Of a stretch of DNA of 64,000 nucleotides, positions 1-8,622 are shown piece by piece. Each line of letters opens with the position of its first letter. Positions within the stretch are counted from its first letter, which is position 1. The DNA is from an uncultured Candidatus Peribacteria bacterium (GTDB taxonomy: Bacteria > Patescibacteriota > Gracilibacteria > Peribacterales > Peribacteraceae), in NCBI GenBank assembly GCA_964488165.1, contig CAZATU010000003.1, positions 79,372 through 143,371 on the forward strand. The letters run 5' to 3'. The translations under genes were made by a program, and so were the position numbers. The notes below the pieces were generated by a model that was given only the letters and a program-made list of their open reading frames with translations, did not search any database and was not told the DNA's origin.

Positions 1-826
1 CACACTCTTGGAACGCCTGCGTGTACTGCAGCGCCACTTCCACCTGGCCGTCGTCGGTGTCCTTGTCGAACACGATCGGCGAGCCGATGCGTTCTTTGGA
101 CTCATTGAGATGCGACACATACGCGCCGATGCCGCCGTCGAACTGGAAGCGGTAGAGGCGGGGGAATTTTCGGTCGCCTTCGGGGCGCTCCTTGCGGGCG
201 TCGAGCACGCCGAGGGAGATGCCGCGCGTCAGGTAGGTTTGCTGGCGGAAGCGTGTCAGCAGCGTTTCGAGGCTCAGCTCCAACGTGTCAAAAATCTGCG
301 AATCCGGAAGGAAGCTGATCATGGTGCCGCGCTTCTCCGTCTTGCCGCCGACTTTCATGTCGCCGTGCACTTTGCCGCGGCGGAATTCCTGCACATGGCA
401 TTTGCCGTCGCGCCACACTTCGGCACGCAGCCATTCGCTGAGCGCGTTGACGACGGAGGAACCGACGCCGTGCAAGCCGCCAGAGACCTTATACCCGGAA
501 GCGTCGCCGCCGAACTTGCCGCCGGCGTGCAGGGTTGTTAGCACCACTTCGAGGGCAGGGCGGCCGGTTTGCTTGTGCTTGTCGACGGGGATGCCGCGGC
601 CGTTATCCTCCACGCTCACCGAACCGTCTTCCTGCAAGGTGACAAGGATGGCGTTGCAGTGGCCAGCCATGGCTTCGTCGATCGCGTTGTCGACGATTTC
701 GTACACAAGGTGATGCAAGCCTCGGGCATCGGTGGAACCGATGTACATACCCGGGCGCTTGCGCACAGGTTCAAGGCCTTCGAGGACTTGGATGCTATCG
801 GAGTTATAGGACGGCTGAGCGGACAT
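1..826 (-). CDS. gyrB: DNA gyrase subunit B, N-terminal ~275 codons (gene continues beyond window start)
   Basis: Not in ORF track because it runs off the edge. Minus-strand translation from the ATG (complement of 824-826) reads MSAQPSYNSDSIQVLEGLEPVRKRPGMYIGSTDARGLHHLVYEIVDNAIDEAMAG..., the canonical GyrB/ParE GHKL ATPase N-terminus. The frame stays open to position 2 (...DDGQVEVALQYTQAFQEC). Confidence 0.9.
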   Translation of the reverse strand, partial: MSAQPSYNSDSIQVLEGLEPVRKRPGMYIGSTDARGLHHLVYEIVDNAIDEAMAGHCNAILVTLQEDGSVSVEDNGRGIPVDKHKQTGRPALEVVLTTLHAGGKFGGDASGYKVSGGLHGVGSSVVNALSEWLRAEVWRDGKCHVQEFRRGKVHGDMKVGGKTEKRGTMISFLPDSQIFDTLELSLETLLTRFRQQTYLTRGISLGVLDARKERPEGDRKFPRLYRFQFDGGIGAYVSHLNESKERIGSPIVFDKDTDDGQVEVALQYTQAFQEC

Positions 827-1009
827 GCGGGAAACTGGCGAAAAGATGAACGGAGTCTACGTGAACGCACGCTGCGTGAAAAGCCCCGTTTTTACCGTTT
901 TACTCCGGATTTCGTTTGTTTCTCGCGCCCGACCGCCGGCCGGAAGAGGCCTACTTGCATCGGCGGCGCATGTGCCGTACCCTCTCTGCACGTTTCCCCT
1001 GCATTTCTC

Positions 1010-1225
1010 GTGGCTATCTACGCAGTACGCAAAGGTGAAGAATCCAACGACCGCCTCCAACAGCGGTTCAAGCAGCAGTGCCAGAAGGCTGGCATCGTGA
1101 AGCTGCTCCGCGTCCGCAACATCTTCAAGCGCAAGCCCAACCGCCGCTTGAGCCGCCTCCGCGCGCTCAAGTGCGAGGAATTCCGCGCGGTAAACCGCAA
1201 GAAGAAGTTTTACTCCAACATGTAA
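1010..1225 (+). CDS. rpsU: 30S ribosomal protein S21
   Basis: Last 71 codons of the 569..1225 ORF, starting at GTG 1010: VAIYAVRKGEESNDRLQQRFKQQCQKAGIVKLLRVRNIFKRKPNRRLSRLRALKCEEFRAVNRKKK. This matches the S21 pattern (V.V..GE..D.AL.RFK..C.K.GI..E.R.R..F.KP..R). Confidence 0.7.
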   Translation: MAIYAVRKGEESNDRLQQRFKQQCQKAGIVKLLRVRNIFKRKPNRRLSRLRALKCEEFRAVNRKKKFYSNM

Positions 1226-1226
1226 T

Positions 1227-1243
1227 CCTTCCTCGGAAGGTTT
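1227..1243 (+). terminator. Possible small hairpin plus T-run after rpsU
   Basis: CCTTCC-tc-GGAAGG (1227-1240) followed by TTT, immediately after the rpsU stop. Short stem, weak. Confidence 0.3.
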
Positions 1244-1276
1244 GCCCGCGGCGGTGTTTTTTCGTAATGGCACTTC

Positions 1277-1792
1277 TTATTTAGCCTTGCCGCGGCAACA
1301 ACGCTTGAACTTCTGGCCGCTGCCGCAGGGGCATTTGTCGTTTACCCCGATTTTCTGGCCTTGGTTACGCACGGTCCTGCCAGGCAATAGGCGCGACAGC
1401 ACCTTCTTGGCGCCTTGATCTTGCGCAAGCTCCGTCACCGCTTTGGTCATGGCGGCAGGGTCCGTCACATCCACGCCCTCGAGTGCGGCAAGCACCGGGA
1501 TTTCTGCATCGTCGATGTCGTTGCCGACCCTCAGGAGACTCTTGAGACGTTCTTGAATGACCGCGGCCAGATCCATCGCTGTATCGCCTTGGTTGCGCGT
1601 GCTCAGAATCTCGTGCGCCAAGCGCAGCACCTGATCCTTGTTCATGCCGATGCGTTTGCCGCCGGCCTTACTAAGAATGCCGTCGAGCACAGCTTGCACT
1701 TCGGGCTGCGCCAAAGCGCCGAGGAGCGGCAACTCTTCGGGGGGCACATCATCGGCCGGCAGCTGCTCTTCATTCGGCATCGCTCGGCGCAT
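1277..1792 (-). CDS. SEC-C metal-binding motif protein (hypothetical)
   Basis: C-terminus ...KCPCGSGQKFKRCCRGKAK is the SecA-type SEC-C zinc motif (CPCGSG.K.K.CC). The start is ambiguous (1819, 1792 or 1780); it must lie below the ctp stop at 1845. Confidence 0.7.
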   Translation of the reverse strand: MRRAMPNEEQLPADDVPPEELPLLGALAQPEVQAVLDGILSKAGGKRIGMNKDQVLRLAHEILSTRNQGDTAMDLAAVIQERLKSLLRVGNDIDDAEIPVLAALEGVDVTDPAAMTKAVTELAQDQGAKKVLSRLLPGRTVRNQGQKIGVNDKCPCGSGQKFKRCCRGKAK

Positions 1793-1844
1793 CGTAAAAG
1801 AGCATGCAACAAGAGGCAAACACTCCGGAGGCGATCGTGGCTCG

Positions 1845-3485
1845 TCAGCGCAACAAATCGAGTGCGCGGAGCATCTGCTCGTCGCGGACGTCTTCGTTGC
1901 GCACGGTGAAGTCGGGTTCGATGCCTTCGCCGTCGATTTTGCGGCGATTGGGCGTGAACCACTCGGCGATGGTCATCTTGAGACTGGAGCCGTCCTTGAA
2001 ATCGACCACCTGCTGCACGGTGCCCTTACCAAAGGTGCGCTCGCCGACGATGTTCGCGCGCTTGTAATCCTGGAGGGCACCAACGACGATCTCCGACGAG
2101 CTCGCCGAGCCGCGGTTTGCCAGGACCACCACGGGGACCGACGGGTCGAGCGTGGGCGGATCGAGTGTTTCCTCGGTGTATTCGTCGCCACGGGTCTTGA
2201 TGCGCACGACGGTCGAACCCTTCGGCAGGAAATTGCTGAGCACGACGGTTGCCGCGTCGAGCAGGCCGCCGGGATTGTTGCGGATATCGAGGATGAAGCC
2301 CTTGGGATGCTTGTCGTTGACGTCCTGCATGATGGACCGCAGTTCGCGCTGCGTGCGCTCGCCGAACTGGACGAGGTGCACCACGGCGATGGACCCCTGC
2401 CAGGAAAGCTCGACTTCGGGGACATTGATGACGGCGCGCTCCACGAGCACATCGAACTGACTTCCCTCGCGCTTGATCCTGAGCTTCACGCTCGTGCCTT
2501 CCTTGCCGCGTACTTTGCTCACAGCCTCGACAAACGACATACCGCTCAAGCTCACGTCGTCGGCGCTGATGATCTCATCACCCGAGAGCAAGCCCGCGCG
2601 CTGCGCCGGAGATTGCGGCAGGGGCGAAACGATGAGCAACGCGTTGTTGTGGTATTCCACTTGGGCGCCGATACCGGTGACTTTGCCCTCCAACCGCGAT
2701 TGAAATTCATCGGCGTTGACCGGTCGTAAGAAGGTCGTGTAGGGGTCGTCCAAGGTCTGAACCATCGCCTCGGCGGCGCTGTAGGCGGCTTTTTCGGGGT
2801 CGATCTTCTCGGCGTGCAGGTACTGATCCTGCAACAACATCCACATCGCCTGCAGGACATCCTGCTGCGGGAGCGGCTCACGCGCGCGCGACTTGAAGCG
2901 GATCACCGTCTTGCTGCGCTGTTCGTCGACGGGTGCCGCGATATCCTCCCCCGTCACCTTGCGCAGGAGCAGGCGCGCCGAGGCGCCCGTCACCGCGCGC
3001 TCGGGTACGAAACGCTTGCCGCGGGCGGCCGTGACCCAGTGGCGTTCGACGGCGATATTGACGGCGCGCTCCAAGGCAGTGCCTTCGGGTACATCGGTGA
3101 AGTGCGTGATGGGCGGCGTGGGTTCAAGACTTTGGAGCTGCATGAGTATTTGCAGCGCTTCGCCCAGCGTGATAGGCCGGCCGATGTTCAGCTCGCTGCC
3201 GAAGAGCGACAGCGCACCGCGCTTGTACGCGGCGGCGATGAACGGACGGTAGGACGACGGAATGGCGCGCGAGTAGGGCATCTCGACTGAGACGTCCTTA
3301 GGCATGCCCAACGTATCGACGGCAGCGCGGATGAATTCTCCGCGAGACACGGGCTGATCGAGCGACTTGGCGAATGCGTCGACCCACGGAGACGACGCAC
3401 TAGCCGTGGAAACGGCGAAGACGAACACTCCAAATGCAGCCACGCGGCAACAAGCCCTGAATGCAGGAAACTTCATGCTGCGCAT
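1845..3485 (-). CDS. ctpA: S41 family C-terminal processing peptidase with N-terminal signal peptide and SLH-like repeats
   Basis: PDZ segment (GIGAQVE...SPAQRAGLLSGDEII) plus Ser/Lys dyad motifs RGSASSSEIVVGAL and ERTFGKGTVQ. The N-terminal part has SLH-like segments (FTDVPEGTALERAVNIAVERHWV...). Confidence 0.9.
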   Translation of the reverse strand: MRSMKFPAFRACCRVAAFGVFVFAVSTASASSPWVDAFAKSLDQPVSRGEFIRAAVDTLGMPKDVSVEMPYSRAIPSSYRPFIAAAYKRGALSLFGSELNIGRPITLGEALQILMQLQSLEPTPPITHFTDVPEGTALERAVNIAVERHWVTAARGKRFVPERAVTGASARLLLRKVTGEDIAAPVDEQRSKTVIRFKSRAREPLPQQDVLQAMWMLLQDQYLHAEKIDPEKAAYSAAEAMVQTLDDPYTTFLRPVNADEFQSRLEGKVTGIGAQVEYHNNALLIVSPLPQSPAQRAGLLSGDEIISADDVSLSGMSFVEAVSKVRGKEGTSVKLRIKREGSQFDVLVERAVINVPEVELSWQGSIAVVHLVQFGERTQRELRSIMQDVNDKHPKGFILDIRNNPGGLLDAATVVLSNFLPKGSTVVRIKTRGDEYTEETLDPPTLDPSVPVVVLANRGSASSSEIVVGALQDYKRANIVGERTFGKGTVQQVVDFKDGSSLKMTIAEWFTPNRRKIDGEGIEPDFTVRNEDVRDEQMLRALDLLR

Positions 3486-3500
3486 TGTACTCCCCTTCCC

Positions 3501-4859
3501 CTACACCGCAACGCCGTCGACGTCGCGCACGAAGAGCTCGGATGCCTGAATATGGCCATGTTCCTCGCGATTTTGCTTGCACAAGAAGAGCCACGTCAGA
3601 AGCCAGAACCCTCCCACTACGTAGAGCAACGCCGGAAGGAGCAACAGCGGGATGAGCCGCAACGAAGAGCCGGCGGGGCTGCCGAGCAGTTCCCCGATAT
3701 TCGTCGGTTGGCCGGGCAGCAAATCGGGCAGTGTGACGAGGAAGTTGAAGACAGCATGCAGTACGATGGCCGATACGAGGCCGATAGAAATCATTTCGAT
3801 GCGGAGTACGCGCTCGTCGCTGATGCGCAGCGCCTGCGCGATGCGTCCGGTGATGCCCGTGCCGCGGCCGCGCGCCCGCTGCTGCACCAAGAGAGGCTTT
3901 GCGAAGATGGCAATGCCGAGGAAGTACCCCATCACGCCGGTCGATACGATGTGGACCATGCTCGTGAGCACCGACCGCCCCAGCACATTGCTGAAGAAGC
4001 CCATGACATCGGGCGTTTCGGGGCGCAGCAGATATCCCTCCACGAAGCCCTGGAAGTAGAGCGGATTCACGACGTTCTCGGCAAACGAGAAGCCGATCGC
4101 CGCGATCACCGACAGCTGCAGCACATCGTCGACGCTGGTGAACACCGGCTGGCCGCTGCGGCGCATCACCCAGTATTTGCTCACCTCTTCAAGGACGCCA
4201 ACGAGCAAAAACGCGACGAACTCGGTGGCAAGCAATGCCGTGAGTTTGTTGTGGATACCGAGCGTGTCGTGCACGAAGGAATTGGCAGATTGGTGGAAGC
4301 TTTCCGGAACGATTTTGACGAGGAAGAACTGCAGCTCCACGCCGTGCCGCACCAGCGAGTCGTAAAAGAGGATCGGCAGCGTGGAAAGCATGCCCGCGAA
4401 GAAGAGCAGTAAAACGGCGGAGCGCCGCTCTGTGTGGTACTTGAGGAAGAGGCGACACCAGACGATGGCTGGTATGAGCGCCACGGCACCGGCGATGAGG
4501 TGGGCGTTGCGGTCTTGCGGGGCTTGATGACTGAGGGTGCTAAGCCCCAGCCAGAAAAGGAAGATCCCCAGGATCGTTACTTTTGTTTCCACTTCCCAAG
4601 GGCCGAAGAGCGCCTTCCATCCCAAGATGAGCAGCAGGATGCCGACCGCCGACACGTACGCATTCACGACAGAACCCGGCGTTTGGTAGACCGCGGCGAT
4701 TTTGAGCATCGCCACCGAGCAGAGCGTGCCGAAGACACACGCAAAGAGCAGGTGCAGATTGCGGTGCTGCACGCGCTGGGACAGGTCGAACGCCGCAAGC
4801 AACCCCACAGCAAGAAGCACCATGACCGTGCGCTGCGAGAGGAGATCGGCAAAAGGCAT
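3501..4859 (-). CDS. PrsW-family intramembrane protease
   Basis: Polytopic membrane protein with the PrsW motifs EExxK (LEEVSKYW), FxxxE (GFSFAEN) and HxxxN (LHAVFNF). Start trimmed to MPFADLL. Confidence 0.75.
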   Translation of the reverse strand: MPFADLLSQRTVMVLLAVGLLAAFDLSQRVQHRNLHLLFACVFGTLCSVAMLKIAAVYQTPGSVVNAYVSAVGILLLILGWKALFGPWEVETKVTILGIFLFWLGLSTLSHQAPQDRNAHLIAGAVALIPAIVWCRLFLKYHTERRSAVLLLFFAGMLSTLPILFYDSLVRHGVELQFFLVKIVPESFHQSANSFVHDTLGIHNKLTALLATEFVAFLLVGVLEEVSKYWVMRRSGQPVFTSVDDVLQLSVIAAIGFSFAENVVNPLYFQGFVEGYLLRPETPDVMGFFSNVLGRSVLTSMVHIVSTGVMGYFLGIAIFAKPLLVQQRARGRGTGITGRIAQALRISDERVLRIEMISIGLVSAIVLHAVFNFLVTLPDLLPGQPTNIGELLGSPAGSSLRLIPLLLLPALLYVVGGFWLLTWLFLCKQNREEHGHIQASELFVRDVDGVAV

Positions 4860-4952
4860 CGGTATATTGTACCAGGTTCTGAGAAGTTTCGCTAGCGTTG
4901 GCTGCGCATGGGGCCATGGCACGGCCGGGCGTCAATCGCTAGACTCCAGGCC

Positions 4953-6494
4953 ATGCAGCTGCCTTTTTTCTCAAAGGACGACGCGTTTGAAGGACGTACC
5001 GGCGCCTGGCTCGGCGGCGTAGCGGTGCTCGTAATTTCGTTCTTCAGCGTCTTTTACAACTTCTGGACCCCTCGTTCGTTCTTCTGGGATGAGAACTACC
5101 ACGTGGCCGCGGCACAGAAATATTTGAACGGCGTCTTCTTCATGGAGCCGCATCCGCCGCTCGGCAAGCTCGTGATCGCCGCGGGCGAAGCATTGCTGGG
5201 CTTCAACACGACGAACGACCAGTTCATCGGCACCGATTACGCCAACAACCCGCCGGAGGATTTCGTGATGACGGGCTTCCGTCTCTTCCCCACGTTGCTG
5301 GCGTGGCTCTCGGCCCCGCTGCTTTTCCTGTGCTTCCTCGCGCTCACCAAGAAGCCGCTGCACGCCACGCTCTTGAGCTTCTTCTACATGTTCGACAACG
5401 CCATCCTGGTGCAAGTACGCGCGGCGATGCTCGAAGGCACGCTCATCTTCTTCTGCGCGCTCACGATCCTAAGCTTCCTCCTCCTGCGCGACGCGGTGGA
5501 TCGGCCCAAGCGCTGCTTGTGGCTTGCGGCGCTGTTTGGCGTTGCATGGGGCGCCGCGGTGACTACCAAAATCTTCGCGCTGATCTTCCTTCTTCTACTC
5601 CCAACCATCGCCTGGTGGCTGCGGAAATCGCCGGCGCTCCTCCTGCAAACGCTCGGTGTCATTGCCGCGACCTTCCTTCTGACGGGCGTCGCGGTGTGGC
5701 AGGTGCACTTCGCCGTCGGCACGTCGATCCAGCCGAGCCTCTCCGATGAGGGCTACTACCAGGCTTCCGATACCTACAAGACGTACCTGGAAGAAGGAAA
5801 GAATCGTTCGCTCACAGCCTTCCCGGTGATGCTGCGCGACTCCATGGCGTACATGCACAGCTACGAAAGCGGCGTGCCGAAGCTCAACCTCTGCAAAGAC
5901 GATGAGAACGGCAGCCCGTGGTTCTTCTGGCCGGTGGGCGGACGCACAATCAGCTACCGCTGGGAGACGCCCGACAACAGCGTCTATCAGTATCTCTACC
6001 TCGTTCCGAACCCCGTCGTGTGGGGCCTCGCCCTGCTCGCCGTGCTCTTCGCGGTGAGCTTGGTCTTCGGCGCGCTGTTCGGCGGCGGCATGAAGGACGT
6101 GAAAGACCTCCCGCTACTCCTGACGTTCTTGGCGCTCTACTGCGGTTTCTTCGCCGCAGTGGCCCATATCGAGCGCGTGCTCTACTTGTACCATTACTTC
6201 CTGCCGCTCATCTTCGGCATGCTGCTCGTGCCGCTGTGTGTGAGCAATATCCGCAGCTTCGGCACGAAGGTGGCAACCGAGAGCGCCAAGACGACGCTGC
6301 TGCTCGTGCTCAGCGCCATGACCTTCCTGTCGTTCCAGTACTTCCGGCCGCTGACGTATTACGAGCCGATGTCGGATGAGGCCGTCGCGCGCCGCGCACT
6401 GCTGCCTATCTGGGAACTGCGCTGCGCCCGCTGCACCCGCGATAGCAAGATCGCCCTGCCGGTCGTCGAGCAGAAGGTCGATGTCGTCGAATAA
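4953..6494 (+). CDS. Dolichyl/polyprenyl-phosphate-mannose protein O-mannosyltransferase-like (GT39/PMT family)
   Basis: N-terminal loop FWDENYHVAAAQKYLNGVFFMEPHPPLGKL resembles the PMT DE-motif loop. Many TM helices. Start trimmed to MQLPFFSKDD. Confidence 0.8.
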   Translation: MQLPFFSKDDAFEGRTGAWLGGVAVLVISFFSVFYNFWTPRSFFWDENYHVAAAQKYLNGVFFMEPHPPLGKLVIAAGEALLGFNTTNDQFIGTDYANNPPEDFVMTGFRLFPTLLAWLSAPLLFLCFLALTKKPLHATLLSFFYMFDNAILVQVRAAMLEGTLIFFCALTILSFLLLRDAVDRPKRCLWLAALFGVAWGAAVTTKIFALIFLLLLPTIAWWLRKSPALLLQTLGVIAATFLLTGVAVWQVHFAVGTSIQPSLSDEGYYQASDTYKTYLEEGKNRSLTAFPVMLRDSMAYMHSYESGVPKLNLCKDDENGSPWFFWPVGGRTISYRWETPDNSVYQYLYLVPNPVVWGLALLAVLFAVSLVFGALFGGGMKDVKDLPLLLTFLALYCGFFAAVAHIERVLYLYHYFLPLIFGMLLVPLCVSNIRSFGTKVATESAKTTLLLVLSAMTFLSFQYFRPLTYYEPMSDEAVARRALLPIWELRCARCTRDSKIALPVVEQKVDVVE

Positions 6495-6547
6495 TTCTTC
6501 ATGACGGGACCTTCGTCGACCGGAAGCGTCAATGGCGCCTGCACCCA

Positions 6548-7867
6548 ATGCTTGCGATACTGACGCGCATGCGGTCCGCCCCTTCCGGGAACCCGGAGTG
6601 TTGCACGATCACGTGGCTGAGTATCATAGTGGTCGGCGCGATCTTACTGCGCGTGCTGCTCCTGGGTTCGCCGGGCAACGGCTTTGACTTGCATACCAAC
6701 GAAGGCTGGGCGCTCAGCGGCGTGGTGTATGGGACCCCTGCGTCGTACGTCCATCAGGATTTCGGCACGATGCTGCCCAATTATCCGGCGTTTTCACTGT
6801 CACTGTTCTCCGGCATCGGCAGGCTCTACGCCCTCGTCTCCCCCACCCTCGACCGGGGCCCGCTGCTCCGCAGTCTAATTAAGCTGCCGGGTGTGGTGGC
6901 GGATGTCGCCATCTGCATCATGGTGTTCTTCTTCGTGCGGCGCATCGGCGGCAAGCAACGCGCGCTGGCGGCCTCGGCCATCTACGCCGTGCACCCGGCG
7001 GCCCTCGGGAACTCCGCGATCTGGGGGCAGATCGACAGCGTCCATAGCGCCTTCATGCTGGGCTTCATCATGATGGCTCTCGACAAACGCTGGTTTCTGG
7101 CCGGCGTGCTCCTGGCTTTGGGGCTGCTCTCCAAGGTGCAAACGGCCCTCCTTGGACCGCTGGTCGTGGTGCTGACATTTACGGATTTCCGCTCCCTCTG
7201 GAAGCTGCCCGCCGGGACTATTGCGGGCGCCATGGCCGTCTTGCTGCCGTTCGCGGCGGGAGGGCACCTGAGCAATGCGCTACACATTCTTTCGAGTTCG
7301 GTGAATTTCTATCGGCAAACCTCGATGAACGCCTACAACCTTTGGTTCGCGGTCTACGGCCCGGCGAGCTTTCACATCACCGACAGCACGCTCCTGCCGT
7401 GGAAGCTGAGCATCCATACCACGGGGCTGCTGCTCTACCTCGCATCGGCGGTGGTGCTGCTATGGTGCGTCCGCAGGAGCATCGTCGCCACGCCCGCCAA
7501 GGCACAGCAGACACCCCTGCTGACGCGGGCAACGGGCCTGCTCATCGCATCCGCTGGGCTCTCCTTCGCGTTCTTTATCGTGAATACCCAAATGCACGAA
7601 CGGTATTTGCAGCCGCTGGTCGTCCTGGGCTTGCCGCTGGCGTTCGTGAGCCCCAGGTGGGCCTGGATCTACGGGCTGAGCACCACGCTCTACGCGATCA
7701 ACATGATGAACGTGATCGGCGGCAACGGCTGGGCTCAATCCATCGTCCGTGCGGTTCCGCATGGTGTCACCGTCATCGCCGTCTGCCAAACGCTCCTCTT
7801 GGCATGGTTGTTCTGGGAGGCGCTTGCCTGGAGGAAGCGGCTGCGCCTCAGCGCAGCGAACGCTTGA
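6548..7867 (+). CDS. Polytopic membrane protein, GT-C-fold glycosyltransferase-like
   Basis: ~12 hydrophobic segments, sitting inside the glycosyltransferase cluster. The family assignment is inference only. Confidence 0.65.
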   Translation: MLAILTRMRSAPSGNPECCTITWLSIIVVGAILLRVLLLGSPGNGFDLHTNEGWALSGVVYGTPASYVHQDFGTMLPNYPAFSLSLFSGIGRLYALVSPTLDRGPLLRSLIKLPGVVADVAICIMVFFFVRRIGGKQRALAASAIYAVHPAALGNSAIWGQIDSVHSAFMLGFIMMALDKRWFLAGVLLALGLLSKVQTALLGPLVVVLTFTDFRSLWKLPAGTIAGAMAVLLPFAAGGHLSNALHILSSSVNFYRQTSMNAYNLWFAVYGPASFHITDSTLLPWKLSIHTTGLLLYLASAVVLLWCVRRSIVATPAKAQQTPLLTRATGLLIASAGLSFAFFIVNTQMHERYLQPLVVLGLPLAFVSPRWAWIYGLSTTLYAINMMNVIGGNGWAQSIVRAVPHGVTVIAVCQTLLLAWLFWEALAWRKRLRLSAANA

Positions 7868-8546
7868 GCTGGAGGAGCTCCGAAAACATGCGGATGATCA
7901 CGGAGAACTTGGCGCCGGTTTGTTGGCCGGCGCGGCGTGGGTAATGCGGCACGGGTACTTCGGCCCAACGGATGCCAGCGCGCTTCCAGCGGTAGAACAT
8001 TTCGCCGTTGATGAGTGCGCCCGTGGCGATGGTCGGCCTGCCGATCTTCCACGCCTCGCGGGTGAAGAGCTTGAGCCCGCAGTTTACGTCCCCGACACGC
8101 ACCCCGAGAATCGAGCGGACGAGCGCGCCGTAGAGCCGGGCGTTGAGCTTGCGCCTCCAAGGGTCGGCCCTGCGCACGCGAATGCCCGTGACCACCGCAT
8201 GGGTTGCAATCTGTGCGAGGAGCTTGCCGGTGTCTTCGGCATGGAATTGGCCATCGCTGTCCATGAAGGCGATCAAGTCTGTGTCGGCGCTGTCGCAGCC
8301 CGTACGGACAGCGGCGCCGTATCCCTGGTTGGCCGCATGCCGAACAAGGCGGACGCGCGGATCGTCCTTGGCCATCTTCTCCACGATCCCCACCGAGGCG
8401 TCCTGGGAACCGTCGTCGACGACGATGACTTTGCCCGCAACACCCTCGGCGTCATACCAACCAAGAACATCGATGATAGTGGCCCGAATGTTCGGCTCCT
8501 CGTTATAGCACGGCAGAACAATGGTGAGGGAACGCGCTTCGGCCAT
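7848..8546 (-). CDS. GT2 polyprenyl-phosphate glycosyltransferase (Dpm1/GtrB/ArnC-like)
   Basis: LTIVLPCYNEEPNI...VIVVDDGSQD...AANQGYGAAV...FMDSDGQF (GT-A fold, DxD motif). Start trimmed to MAEARSL. The 3' end overlaps the convergent 6548..7867 by 20 nt. Confidence 0.85.
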   Translation of the reverse strand: MAEARSLTIVLPCYNEEPNIRATIIDVLGWYDAEGVAGKVIVVDDGSQDASVGIVEKMAKDDPRVRLVRHAANQGYGAAVRTGCDSADTDLIAFMDSDGQFHAEDTGKLLAQIATHAVVTGIRVRRADPWRRKLNARLYGALVRSILGVRVGDVNCGLKLFTREAWKIGRPTIATGALINGEMFYRWKRAGIRWAEVPVPHYPRRAGQQTGAKFSVIIRMFSELLQLKRSLR

Positions 8547-8622
8547 GCGCCACAGTGTCCCAAGACAATCGCCGCAAGGCAAGAAGCAGATGCAACCACG
8601 CAAATCGTGGTAGGCTTGCAGC

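Noticed and set aside
8-713. Plus-strand ORFs 8-541 and 285-713 at the left edge
   Set aside because: They are antisense to the gyrB N-terminal coding region, which is absent from the track only because it runs off the window.
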